A stretch of 64,000 bases of DNA from Candidatus Helarchaeota archaeon (GTDB lineage: Archaea > Asgardarchaeota > Lokiarchaeia > Helarchaeales > RDOG01). Positions 18,833 to 28,952 of the stretch are shown here, one piece after another (position 1 is the stretch's first letter; the number at the start of each line of letters is the position of its first letter). The DNA lies in assembly GCA_019058315.1 (NCBI GenBank), contig JAHPZH010000007.1:96001-160000 (forward strand), in the 5' to 3' direction. The position numbers and the translations under genes are program-made. The notes below the pieces were generated by a model, which was not told the DNA's origin, searched no databases, and saw nothing but the letters and a program-made list of their open reading frames with translations.

Positions 18833-19795
18833 GTGGAGAAAATACCATTAAATATTGTTGATTTATTAAAAAAACAAAAATATCATTTGGTTGGTCATCA
18901 TTCTGCAGTTAAAAAATGTAGATGGACACATAATAGCTTAGTACATAATCGTGTATGTTACAAGGAGAAATTTTATGGGGTAAAATCTCATCGTTGTTTA
19001 CAAATTACTCCATCTATTATCTGGTGCTCCCACACTTGCAATTTTTGTTGGCGAATTCAACCAAAGGATATTAATATTAGTTGGAATCAAACCAAAATCT
19101 CTGTTCCCTTGGATTCCCCCAAAGAAATATTAGATGGCTGTATAAGAGAATGGCGCAGAATATTAAGTGGCTATAAACCAACTTCGCATGAAAAAGTCGA
19201 TTGGAAAAAGTGGGAAGAAGCAAATCAGCCATTTAGTGTTGCTATTAGTTTATCTGGAGAACCTACATTATATCCTTATCTAGGTGATTTAATCTCTGAA
19301 TGTAGAAAAAGAAATTTAATTTCTTTTTTAGTCTCAAATGGGACGTTTCCAGAAGTTTTAAAAGATATTGAGGAACCAAATCAATTATATATTTCCGTGA
19401 TTGGTTCAAATGAAAAATTATATAAACAAATTTGCCGTCCTCTAATTCCAAATAGCTGGGAACGTTTAAATAAAACTTTCGATTTAATCCCTAGTTTTAA
19501 TTGCCCAACAGTATTTCGCTTAACTTTAATGCATGATATGAATCTAAAAAATCCAGAAGAATTTGCTAAAATAATAAATAAAGCCTCACCGACTTATGTT
19601 GAATGTAAAGGATATATGTATCTAGGGTTCTCTCGTAAACGAGGATTAATACTAGATCACATGCCACGACATGAAGAAATAAAAAAATTTTCAGAAAAAA
19701 TTTCTGAACTAACTGGATATAAAATATTAGATGAATCTTTAAAGTCTCGAGTTGTTTTATTATCTCGATTAGACAAACCAAAAAGGTTTTCTTAA
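18833..19795 (+). CDS. taw1: 4-demethylwyosine synthase Taw1/TYW1
   Basis: HSAVKKCRW, CYKEKFYGVKSHRC, CSHTCNFCWR, SLSGEPTLYP. Confidence 0.95.
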   Translation: MEKIPLNIVDLLKKQKYHLVGHHSAVKKCRWTHNSLVHNRVCYKEKFYGVKSHRCLQITPSIIWCSHTCNFCWRIQPKDINISWNQTKISVPLDSPKEILDGCIREWRRILSGYKPTSHEKVDWKKWEEANQPFSVAISLSGEPTLYPYLGDLISECRKRNLISFLVSNGTFPEVLKDIEEPNQLYISVIGSNEKLYKQICRPLIPNSWERLNKTFDLIPSFNCPTVFRLTLMHDMNLKNPEEFAKIINKASPTYVECKGYMYLGFSRKRGLILDHMPRHEEIKKFSEKISELTGYKILDESLKSRVVLLSRLDKPKRFS

Positions 19796-19827
19796 TTTAA
19801 ATTATAATTTAAAATGATGGGTTAATT

Positions 19828-20427
19828 ATGTTTGACACAATAATGGATAAAATTCGAGAAGAATTAGACAAAGAAGATACCATTAGAGAAAAAACATTAC
19901 AAGATGTTAGGAAAATAATTAGGAATTCTGGATCCGCTATAAGGGCAATACATAAAGGAAATTTTGAAAACGCTAAAAAATTAATTGATGAAGCTTCAGA
20001 TTTAATAAAAAAATTAGATGATTTAAAAAATACCTTCCCTAAAATTTATTATAAGAATTATGTAACTGACGCTCAGCAAGAATTTTGTGAAGCTCGTCTT
20101 TTTTTTGCTCTATTAACCAATGAAGATATTGAAAAACTTTATCCAGAAAATCTAGTGATTTCTGATATAGCATTTTTATTAGGCACTGCGGATTTAATTG
20201 GGGAGCTTCGTAGATATACTTTAGACTCTATAAGACGTGATGAAATTGACAAAGCAGAGATGATGTTAGAATATATGAGCGATATTTATGAAAATTTGAC
20301 ATCTTTAGATTATCCTTCTGGAATTACACCAGGATTGCGACGAAAATGTGATGTAGCTCGTGGGTTAATTGAAAAAACTCGTAGTGAACTAACTATTTCT
20401 CTACAGTTTCATAAATACGCAAAATAA
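19828..20427 (+). CDS. Translin/Trax family (C3PO) RNase
   Basis: QQEFCEA, LGTADLIGELRRY and LRRKCD motifs. Confidence 0.9.
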   Translation: MFDTIMDKIREELDKEDTIREKTLQDVRKIIRNSGSAIRAIHKGNFENAKKLIDEASDLIKKLDDLKNTFPKIYYKNYVTDAQQEFCEARLFFALLTNEDIEKLYPENLVISDIAFLLGTADLIGELRRYTLDSIRRDEIDKAEMMLEYMSDIYENLTSLDYPSGITPGLRRKCDVARGLIEKTRSELTISLQFHKYAK

Positions 20428-20490
20428 TATAAAAGAATTTTATATTTTAATTTCAGAATTTAATTTGTTATTAAGAAAGGTGAAGAATTT

Positions 20491-21147
20491 ATGGAAATTT
20501 GGGATCAAAGTATTGCTGTTGAAGAAGATTTAATAAAAGCTAACGAAGAGTTGGCAAATAAAAATAAGGAATTCTTTGAAAAAAATAATATAACAACATT
20601 TGAAATATTAGGAAACATAGGTTCAGGAAAAACTTCTCTAATAGAAGCTTTAGTTTCAGAACTTAAGGATAAATATAAAATATTGGTAATTAATGGGGAT
20701 TTGGCAACATCTATAGACGCTGATCGTATTAAAAAATATGGAGTGGAAGCAATTCAGATCAATACTGGCAAGGAATGTCACTTGGACGCTCTAACAATTA
20801 AGCCAGCTTTAGAAAAAATTAAAGAAAAAATAGATATTTGCCTTATCGAACAAGTAGGGAATATGATCTGTCCAGCTGATTTTCCTCTGGGCGCAAAAAA
20901 GAGAATTGTGGTATTTGAAGTTACAAATGGTCCCTATATTGTTCAAAAGCATCCTGTGATTTTCGCTACGACTGAAATCGTTTTAATTAATAAAATAGAT
21001 ATTGCAGAATATGTAGGCATGGATCAAAAAGCCTTAAATAAATTGGAAGCAGATGCAAAGAAAATTAACTCAAGACTTCAAGTAATTTTTACCAGCGCAA
21101 AAACAAAACAAGGGATTCCAGAACTAATTAAAGCTCTAGAGCTTTAG
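20491..21147 (+). CDS. hypB: Hydrogenase nickel incorporation GTPase
   Basis: GNIGSGKT, DADRI, TGKECHLDA, GNMICPADF, NKID. Confidence 0.92.
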   Translation: MEIWDQSIAVEEDLIKANEELANKNKEFFEKNNITTFEILGNIGSGKTSLIEALVSELKDKYKILVINGDLATSIDADRIKKYGVEAIQINTGKECHLDALTIKPALEKIKEKIDICLIEQVGNMICPADFPLGAKKRIVVFEVTNGPYIVQKHPVIFATTEIVLINKIDIAEYVGMDQKALNKLEADAKKINSRLQVIFTSAKTKQGIPELIKALEL

Positions 21148-21184
21148 ATACTTTATTTTTATTATTAAATATAGATTTAAGACA

Positions 21185-22480
21185 TTGAATAAAATATCAA
21201 TACTTACCTATGGTTGTAGTTATAATCAAGCTAGTTCAGAAATTATTAAGGGATTATTGCTAAAAAATAATTTTCAAGAATCAAAATTAGACGAATCTGA
21301 TGTTATTATTATTCTATCTTGTGTTGTAAAATCACCAACAGAAAATAAGATTATTGCTAAAATTAAAACTCTTTTTGCAGAATATCCAAAAAAGAAAATT
21401 ATTGTTGGTGGATGTCTTCCTGAAGTTATTCCAGAAAGAATAAAAGAAATTTCAAAGGATATTAATTTTTTTGGACCCCATTTCGCAACAGAAATCGTAG
21501 ATATTGTTAATAAAACAATCCAAGGAGAAAATGTGGAATTAATTGGAAAACGATATGAATGTAGATTAGGTATAACCAGGAAAAAAATAAATCCAATTAT
21601 AGGAATTATTCAAATTTCACAAGGCTGTCTATCTAATTGTGCATATTGTTGCGTAAAGATAGCTATGGGTGACTTTTTTGCTTATCCAGTTTCATTGATA
21701 ATAGAAGAAATTAAAGAAATGATAAAAAGTGGTTGCAAAGAAATCTGGATAACCGCTCAAGACACTGCTGCGTATAGATATGAAAATCTTGATCTAGCAG
21801 ATTTAATAAGCGAAATAACAAAAATCGAATCAAAATTTAATATACGGATAGGAATGATGAATCCAAAGAGTGTACTTCCAATATTAAAAAAATTAATTGA
21901 GACATATTCACATCCAAATTTATACAAGTTTTTACACTTACCTCTTCAATCTGGTGACAATGAAATTTTAGCAGCGATGAATAGAAATTACACTATTGAA
22001 GATGTCCTTAAAATAATTGAAGAATTTAGAAATAAATTCCCTCTACTAACCCTTTCAACAGATTTAATTATTGGTTTTCCAGGAGAAACCGAAGAACAAT
22101 TTCAAAATTCCCTTAAAATATTAGAAAAAATTAATCCTGATATTGTAAATATTTCACGTTTTGGTCAAAGACCAAAAACTAAGGCAAAAAAAATGAATAA
22201 CCAAATCCCCCCTGATATTATTAAAAAAAGAAGTAAAACAGCAACAGAACTGGTAAATCAATTAACACTTGAACGAAATAAAAAATGGATTAATTGGGAA
22301 GGAGAAGTGTTAGTATCAGAAAAAAGTAAATACGGGGATTGGATGGGTAGGAATTTTGCTTATAAGCCTATAGTTATTAAATCTTCTGATAATTTATTTG
22401 GGAAATTTGTAATAGTAAATATTGATAAAGTAAATCCTTTTGTACTTTTTGGGAAAATGGGTAAAATTGAAAAAAAATAA
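21185..22480 (+). CDS. mtaB: tRNA t6A37 methylthiotransferase (archaeal MtaB/CDKAL1 type)
   Basis: TYGCSYNQ, SCVVK, GGCLP, GCLSNCAYC, RIGMMNP, C-terminal TRAM. Confidence 0.88.
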   Translation: MNKISILTYGCSYNQASSEIIKGLLLKNNFQESKLDESDVIIILSCVVKSPTENKIIAKIKTLFAEYPKKKIIVGGCLPEVIPERIKEISKDINFFGPHFATEIVDIVNKTIQGENVELIGKRYECRLGITRKKINPIIGIIQISQGCLSNCAYCCVKIAMGDFFAYPVSLIIEEIKEMIKSGCKEIWITAQDTAAYRYENLDLADLISEITKIESKFNIRIGMMNPKSVLPILKKLIETYSHPNLYKFLHLPLQSGDNEILAAMNRNYTIEDVLKIIEEFRNKFPLLTLSTDLIIGFPGETEEQFQNSLKILEKINPDIVNISRFGQRPKTKAKKMNNQIPPDIIKKRSKTATELVNQLTLERNKKWINWEGEVLVSEKSKYGDWMGRNFAYKPIVIKSSDNLFGKFVIVNIDKVNPFVLFGKMGKIEKK

Positions 22481-22529
22481 TGTATATTAATAAAGTAAGA
22501 CAAAGATAGTTTTCTAAATACTCTAAGTA

Positions 22530-23576
22530 TTAGTTGGTTTCTCTATATATACTCTCTTTTACTTTTTCTTTAGTTTCTTCTATTTTACTTTCTCCCTTTT
22601 CTTTTAATTCTTCTTCTACTCGAGTTTTTATTTCCTCATCCAGATTCTCTTCTCGTAAATATATAAAGTCACCTATTTTTTCGATTTCTCCATTTTTAAT
22701 CATATCCTTAAAATTTTCCTTGTAATCACTCTTGTCTTTTGACCAACTTTCTAAGAATTCCTCTTTTATCTTAGAATCAAGAATTTTTTTTGGCAAAGGA
22801 CACTCCCTTAAAGCTTTCGCAATCTCCACCTTAAACTGAGCCTTTATTTTATCCCCATATTTAAAGAGGCATTCTGCCCCTTTCTTATAATCACCTAAAG
22901 TCATGTATTGCATACATAAAATTCCCCAAACATGAACCTCCTTAGGGTCCATTTCAATGATTTTATTAAAGCATTCATGCATCTTTTTTCTATTATTTAG
23001 TTTTCTATAAACCAATGCAATATTTAGCCATGCATTAGCAAACTCAGGTGAGATTTCGATTGCTTTCTTATAACAATAAATAGCATCATTGTATTCACCT
23101 AATTCCCGATATGTATGTCCCATGTAAAACCAAGCACTTAAAAAATCTGGTTTTGCTTCGACAGCTCTTTGATATGCAATTATTGCTTCCACGTGGTTTC
23201 TTAAACCTAAATAGTTATTGGCAATATGAAAATTAAGCCATGACATCTCCGAATCGAGTCTAATTGCCTCATTTAGACATTCATTAGATTTCTTATATTT
23301 TTTTAAGTTCTGATACGCAATTCCCATTAAAAACATAACATTAGCATTGTTAGGTTCAATTTTTAATACATTCTCCCAACTTTTTATGGCATTTTTATTA
23401 TTTTTCATAATAATATTGGTCAGACCCATTAAAGTCCAAGCTTTAAGGTGTTGAGAGTCCAGCTTCACTGCTTTATTTAAGAATTTCAAACCATCTTTGA
23501 ATTTTTTTTCATGAATTAAATCTCGACCAATTTTAAAAAAATCTTGGGCTGTTTGTCCTTCAAAATTTTTTGACAT
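22530..23576 (-). CDS. TPR repeat protein
   Basis: About six 34-aa repeats with AW..G / A..Y..A..P pattern; acidic C-terminal tail. Confidence 0.9.
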   Translation of the reverse strand: MSKNFEGQTAQDFFKIGRDLIHEKKFKDGLKFLNKAVKLDSQHLKAWTLMGLTNIIMKNNKNAIKSWENVLKIEPNNANVMFLMGIAYQNLKKYKKSNECLNEAIRLDSEMSWLNFHIANNYLGLRNHVEAIIAYQRAVEAKPDFLSAWFYMGHTYRELGEYNDAIYCYKKAIEISPEFANAWLNIALVYRKLNNRKKMHECFNKIIEMDPKEVHVWGILCMQYMTLGDYKKGAECLFKYGDKIKAQFKVEIAKALRECPLPKKILDSKIKEEFLESWSKDKSDYKENFKDMIKNGEIEKIGDFIYLREENLDEEIKTRVEEELKEKGESKIEETKEKVKESIYRETN

Positions 23577-23673
23577 TTTTGACCCCCTTTATTTTATTTT
23601 TATATTTATTAAATATGATCTCAAGGTTATGAGTTATTAAATTTTCGAAGTGATTAAATCTAGAATATGATAA

Positions 23674-24513
23674 ATGTTCATATCCAATGTGAGAAAGATG
23701 CGGGTAACATGTAAAGTTTTTTATTTAGGCGATAATTATCGAGGTTTTCAATTCCAACCAGATGTCGATACAGTAGAAGGAAGAATCAAGGAAGCTTTAA
23801 AAGAAACTAAATTAATTGAAGATGATTCAACTTCAAAATTCCAAGGTGCATCTCGAACTGATGCCTTAGTGCATGCACTTGGTAATGTAATTGCCTTCAA
23901 TACTAATGAACGTGTAATTATTCCAATGATTAATCAACATTTACCAAAAGATATAATAATCTGGGCAAAAAAAGAGGTAGAAGATGATTTTTTACCACGA
24001 TTTGCAGCTATTAAACGCCATTATAAGTATATTACGAGATATAATGATGAAAATTTCAAAAAAATGGAAAATGTAGGCGAAAAAATTATAGGATATCATG
24101 ATTTTAAGAATTTTTCAAAAAAATATGAAAATAAAAATACTTTTAGAGAAATTTATGAGCTTAATATATCTCATAAAGATCAATTCTTAATATTTGACGT
24201 AATAGGCACCGCGTTTCTTTATCAAATGGTTAGAAGAATTGTAAATTTATTATTGAATATTGGCAAGGGTAATTTTAAAGAGGAGATTGTTAATGATTAT
24301 TTTGATAAAGAAATGGATTCATCTGAAAGAATTGGACCCGCTCCCTTGGAAAATGAGGGCTCTTTAATATTATGGGAGGTGGTTTATCCATTTATATTTG
24401 AGATCGATTCTTATTCTTATGAAAAAATGCAGAGATATATTAATCATTTTTGGAAACTGCATTCATTAAGATTAGAGACTATGAAAACTTTCCAAAATTT
24501 TTTTAACAAATAG
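23674..24513 (+). CDS. truA: tRNA pseudouridine 38-40 synthase
   Basis: GFQFQP, SRTDALVHA, GYHDFKNF, FLYQMVRRIV. Confidence 0.93.
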   Translation: MFISNVRKMRVTCKVFYLGDNYRGFQFQPDVDTVEGRIKEALKETKLIEDDSTSKFQGASRTDALVHALGNVIAFNTNERVIIPMINQHLPKDIIIWAKKEVEDDFLPRFAAIKRHYKYITRYNDENFKKMENVGEKIIGYHDFKNFSKKYENKNTFREIYELNISHKDQFLIFDVIGTAFLYQMVRRIVNLLLNIGKGNFKEEIVNDYFDKEMDSSERIGPAPLENEGSLILWEVVYPFIFEIDSYSYEKMQRYINHFWKLHSLRLETMKTFQNFFNK

Positions 24514-24546
24514 AATTCTACTAATTATATAATTAACTGATAATAT

Positions 24547-25254
24547 GTGGTGTTTAAAATTAAAGGAATTATGAAAAAGGGTACTAGACCAGAGCCAAAC
24601 TGGAAAAAAATTAAATTTAACGAGCCTTATAAGAAAGCAACTGATAAATTTAAAAGGATGGTCTTAAATCATCCCGATTTTGACCCAACAAGTTTTTTCC
24701 AATTCAGCATTTTTATGGCAAAATCACTCCTTCAAATGCTAGAAGATGTAGAAGAGAATTTTGGACCCGAGGGGCAAAAAGTTTGTAATAATGCATTAGT
24801 AAAAGTAGGATATGATATGGGTAAGCAACTGTTTGAGGGCATAGAAATTCCTCCAGAGATGCCCACATTAGAATTAATGAGCTTCGTTGCAACATGGGTT
24901 AATACAGTAGCTTGGACCTCAATTGAGGATCCAAGAATTATAGATGATAATAAATGTGAGTTTGATATTATTTGGTGCCCATTACAAGATGTATATAAAG
25001 CATTTGATTGTAGAATTCAACGATATCTAGTCCAAGGCATTATGGATTATGTGAGAGAATTAAGGTCTAGCTTCGATCCAGAAGCTGATTACGATATAAA
25101 ATTTTTAACTACAATACCTGCAGGATCAAAAACCTGTAAATTTCAAATCGTAAAAAAGAAAAAAGGAACCCCAGATAAATGGGAAAATTATTCTAAAGTA
25201 CTTGAGAATAGGGCATTAAAACGTTGGAAAGCTAAACTTAGAAAAAAGGAATAA
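24547..25254 (+). CDS. ATC-hydrolase/V4R-like domain protein
   Basis: WCPL..DC..TIPAGSKTCKF Cys pattern. Confidence 0.6.
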   Translation: MVFKIKGIMKKGTRPEPNWKKIKFNEPYKKATDKFKRMVLNHPDFDPTSFFQFSIFMAKSLLQMLEDVEENFGPEGQKVCNNALVKVGYDMGKQLFEGIEIPPEMPTLELMSFVATWVNTVAWTSIEDPRIIDDNKCEFDIIWCPLQDVYKAFDCRIQRYLVQGIMDYVRELRSSFDPEADYDIKFLTTIPAGSKTCKFQIVKKKKGTPDKWENYSKVLENRALKRWKAKLRKKE

Positions 25255-25269
25255 AAAACATCTTATTAA

Positions 25270-26511
25270 TCAAGAAAATAAATTTACCTCTATTTTTTCT
25301 CCCTCTTCGATTAATTGCACTTGTTCAGGAATGTCAATATACCCATCAGTTAAAGCCAAGGTAGAAATTGCCTCAGATCCTGTATGAATTGGCTCTGCAA
25401 ATATTTTATCATCTTCTTCAGTTATTTTAACTGGTCTTAATTCTCGTCGTCCTAATTCGGAATAAATTCTTTTTTTTGCTATTGCATTTATTATCTTTTC
25501 TTTTGGTCGGGGTAAATGAGCCCACTTTCTTATCAATGGAGCAATAAAATGATAAAAAATTGTTAAAGCACTAGTAGGATAACCTGGTAATACAATTATG
25601 GGTTTAATATATGTTTTATCTTCAACTGCTGAAAGTAAGGTCGGTTTACCGGGCTTAATTCTAATTCCATGTATGTATAAATTTAGATTTTTTAAATTCT
25701 TAATGACTTCAGGTAAATAATCCCCAGTTCCTTTGGAAGTTCCTCCTGATATAATTAAAAAATCGATTTTAGATATTTCTTCAGAAATTATCCTTTTTAA
25801 AGTTTCATAATCATCTTTAATTATCCCTTTAATAAGTGGAATTCCTCCAGATTCTTTAACAGCATTGTATATTGTTGTAGAATTGATATCATATATTTTT
25901 CCAGATGTTAATTGGACTCCTGGGGGAACTAATTCATCACCAGTGCTAAAAATTGTGACTTTTGGCTTTGAATAGACAGTTATTTTAGTAATCCCTAATG
26001 CTGAGAGTAAGCCCAAATCTCGAGTATTCAATTGCTTCTCTTTTTTTAGTGCAATTTCTCCTTTTTTTATATCTGCTCCAATTTGTATAATATATTGTTG
26101 AGGAGCAACTGATTTAAAGATTTTAACAATTTCATTTTCTTCTTCTGTATATTCAACCATCACAACAGCATCCGCTCCATTTGGAATGGGAGCACCTGTT
26201 GCAATTTGAATGCACTCTTTTTCATTTAGTACTAAATTAGAATTTATACCTGCACGAATCTCTCCCATTTTCTTTAAATTTATTGGTTTATCTTCCTCTG
26301 CACCAAATGTATCTTTTGCCTTAACTGCATAACCATCCATTCTTGATTTTGAAAATCCCGGTACATTAATAGGTGAAATAATATCTTTTGCTAAAACCCT
26401 CTCTAGTGCATTCTCTATCTTAATCTCTTCGATTTGATCATGAGAAATCAATTTATAATTTAAAATATTCTTAACTTCATCTGCAGAAAGAGTCTGATAG
26501 AATTTTGTCAT
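25270..26511 (-). CDS. moeA: Molybdopterin molybdotransferase
   Basis: SRMDGYAV, IATGAPIP, STGDEL, GGTSKG, KPGKPT. Confidence 0.95.
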   Translation of the reverse strand: MTKFYQTLSADEVKNILNYKLISHDQIEEIKIENALERVLAKDIISPINVPGFSKSRMDGYAVKAKDTFGAEEDKPINLKKMGEIRAGINSNLVLNEKECIQIATGAPIPNGADAVVMVEYTEEENEIVKIFKSVAPQQYIIQIGADIKKGEIALKKEKQLNTRDLGLLSALGITKITVYSKPKVTIFSTGDELVPPGVQLTSGKIYDINSTTIYNAVKESGGIPLIKGIIKDDYETLKRIISEEISKIDFLIISGGTSKGTGDYLPEVIKNLKNLNLYIHGIRIKPGKPTLLSAVEDKTYIKPIIVLPGYPTSALTIFYHFIAPLIRKWAHLPRPKEKIINAIAKKRIYSELGRRELRPVKITEEDDKIFAEPIHTGSEAISTLALTDGYIDIPEQVQLIEEGEKIEVNLFS

Positions 26512-26538
26512 CTTATTGCACTTTTTTATACATTTATA

Positions 26539-27789
26539 CTAAATAGAAATCGGTAAATACAAATAAACGTTCACTACTGAATTTTTTTCATAACCTTCAA
26601 TATTCTCAGGGATTTTTACAACGCCATCGGCTTTTACAAGAGAAGAAATTATACCAGATCCTGATATACGGATGGGAGTTGCAAAATAGTCACCATTAAT
26701 CCTCTCGATTTTCACACGAGCGGAATCTCTTCTACCTAATTTAGATGGAATTCCTCTGGTTAAAGTAGCTTTAATAATGGGCCTTGGATCTAAAATACTT
26801 GCTCCTTGCATTTTTCTTATAGTAGGTCCTACAAAATCTTCAAATCCAATGATAGTAGCAACTGGGAATCCCGGTAAGCAAAAAACTGGTTTATTTTTAA
26901 CTATAGCAATTGCCGTTGGGCTCCCTGGACGCATAGCAATACCATGAACTAATAATTTACCTTCTTGTTCCATAATTGGAGGAAGTAAGTCTTTTTCCCC
27001 TACGGAAGTCCCACCAGAAAAAACGATAATATCATATTCTAAAGCTTTTTTAAGAACTTCACGGATTTTATTAGGATCATCTTCCACAATACCCAATCTA
27101 ATAGGATTTCCTCCATATAGTTCAGTATATAATGATATTGAATGAGTATTAGTTTCGATTATTTCTCCAATTTTCAGCGAAGAACCTACTTCTAATAATT
27201 CAGAACCAGTTGAAATTATAGCAACAGTTGGTTGTTTAATAACTTTTATCGTATTAATATTGCAAGCAATTAAGAGTGTGATATCTTGAGGTCTAAGTTG
27301 ATGATATTTTTTAATTATAACATTGTTTTTCTTTACATCTTCTCCCTTTTTAGAAACATTTTTTTCAGGAGTTAAGGGTGTATAAACTTCAATTTTGTCA
27401 TCAATTAATTTGGTATCTTCTATCTTAACAACTGCATTAGCCCCAATGGGAACGGGTGAACCTGTTGCAACTTTAATAGCTTCTCCTTGGTTTAATTTTT
27501 TAGAAGAAATTTGATTAATTTCAATTTGATCAATTATTTTTAGTATTTTTGGTTTATGAGGACTAGCTCCAAATGTATCCTCTGCCTGAACGGCATATCC
27601 ATCCATAGCTGAGCGATCAAAATGAGGAACATCAATATTTGAAACAATATCGGTAGCTAAAAATCGCCTTAATCCATCAATTGATTTAATCTCTTCTTCA
27701 GGTAAGATTTTAATATAGGGTGAGAGATTCTTCCAGGCATTTTCGATTAGAGTCAATTTTTTAAAACCATGTTTATGAATTTCGGTCAT
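26539..27789 (-). CDS. moeA: Molybdopterin molybdotransferase (second paralogue)
   Basis: FDRSAMDGYAV, STGSEL, GGTSVGEKD, LPGFP. Confidence 0.95.
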   Translation of the reverse strand: MTEIHKHGFKKLTLIENAWKNLSPYIKILPEEEIKSIDGLRRFLATDIVSNIDVPHFDRSAMDGYAVQAEDTFGASPHKPKILKIIDQIEINQISSKKLNQGEAIKVATGSPVPIGANAVVKIEDTKLIDDKIEVYTPLTPEKNVSKKGEDVKKNNVIIKKYHQLRPQDITLLIACNINTIKVIKQPTVAIISTGSELLEVGSSLKIGEIIETNTHSISLYTELYGGNPIRLGIVEDDPNKIREVLKKALEYDIIVFSGGTSVGEKDLLPPIMEQEGKLLVHGIAMRPGSPTAIAIVKNKPVFCLPGFPVATIIGFEDFVGPTIRKMQGASILDPRPIIKATLTRGIPSKLGRRDSARVKIERINGDYFATPIRISGSGIISSLVKADGVVKIPENIEGYEKNSVVNVYLYLPISI

Positions 27790-27847
27790 AATTATTCACA
27801 TTTGGGTATGATAAACTTAAAAATATCTCAAAATCTCTATTGTTACT

Positions 27848-28375
27848 TTATTCTTTCATCATTTTTTTAATATGACCTGCCTCGGGAATTATTAAATGCT
27901 CCAAAGCAAGTTTAACTGCGTTTGGTGATCCAGGGAGGCAAAAAATAATCCTGTTATTTATAATACCTGCTGAAGCTCGTGAAAGCATCGCAGAGGAACC
28001 AATTTCTTTAAAACTTAAGTAACGAAATAACTCTCCAAAACCTTCTAAAGTCTTTTCAAAGAGTGGTTTAATGGTTTCAATAGTTATATCTCTCTTACTA
28101 ATACCCGTTCCTCCACTTGTAATTATGATATCGGTTTTATCTTTAATTAATTGTAGTAAAACTTCTTTAATTTTCAAATTCTCATCCGGGACTATTTGAA
28201 ATGAAATAAAATTTTGCTTATTTTTTTCTAAAATTTCTTTTATTACAGGGATTGTCATATCAGTTGATTTTTTTCCCTCCTCTATTTCTAAATATCTTGT
28301 GTCACTTACTATTAAAACTGAGTAATTCAGTATTTTTGGAGCACCGTGTTTATGTTTTAAATGTGTTTTTTCCAA
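27848..28375 (-). CDS. moaB: Molybdopterin adenylyltransferase MoaB/MogA
   Basis: GGTGISKRDITIE, GFGELFR, LSRA, LPGSP. Confidence 0.93.
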   Translation of the reverse strand: MEKTHLKHKHGAPKILNYSVLIVSDTRYLEIEEGKKSTDMTIPVIKEILEKNKQNFISFQIVPDENLKIKEVLLQLIKDKTDIIITSGGTGISKRDITIETIKPLFEKTLEGFGELFRYLSFKEIGSSAMLSRASAGIINNRIIFCLPGSPNAVKLALEHLIIPEAGHIKKMMKE

Positions 28376-28390
28376 GTTAATACACTCTAT

Positions 28391-28858
28391 TTATAGATTC
28401 TCTTTAATTTTCTTTAAAACAACTATATCCGAAATTCTTGTTGACGGATATTGACCCATTTCATCTTTTTCTAAATATTTTGTCATATCCCAAATAGTTA
28501 AAAGTGCAATTTGCACTCCTAAAATCGCCTCTAACTCAACTCCCGTTTTTGCTATGGATTTTACTGAAACTGTTGTTTTTATAAATGGTTTGTCTCTATC
28601 AATATCAAATTCTACATTCACATTAGAAATTGGTATGGGATGTGCTAAAAAAATTAATTCTGGAGTTTTTTTAATCGCATTTATCGCTGATAATTGTGCA
28701 TTAATTAATGCATCTCCTTTTTTAATGGTCTTATTTTTAATCTGTTCTATTGTACTCTTCTTCAAAAAGATACGACCTTCAGCTATTGCTGTTCTTTGTA
28801 TCTCTTTTTTTTCAGAAATGTCAACCATTGATATTTTTGAATTTTCCATTAATTTCAA
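28391..28858 (-). CDS. moaC: Cyclic pyranopterin monophosphate synthase
   Basis: MVDISEK, KTPELIFLAHP, KTGVELEA, IWDMTK. Confidence 0.93.
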   Translation of the reverse strand: MKLMENSKISMVDISEKKEIQRTAIAEGRIFLKKSTIEQIKNKTIKKGDALINAQLSAINAIKKTPELIFLAHPIPISNVNVEFDIDRDKPFIKTTVSVKSIAKTGVELEAILGVQIALLTIWDMTKYLEKDEMGQYPSTRISDIVVLKKIKENL

Positions 28859-28952
28859 CTTCCAACATTAAAAATTTAATAAGTAAAAAATCCCGAACTA
28901 TTTAAAGAATTAATTAATATTTATCAATAATAACCTTATTGAGGAAGTTACA

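Noticed and set aside
25270-27789. Two tandem moeA genes
   Set aside because: Paired MoeA paralogues are normal in archaea.
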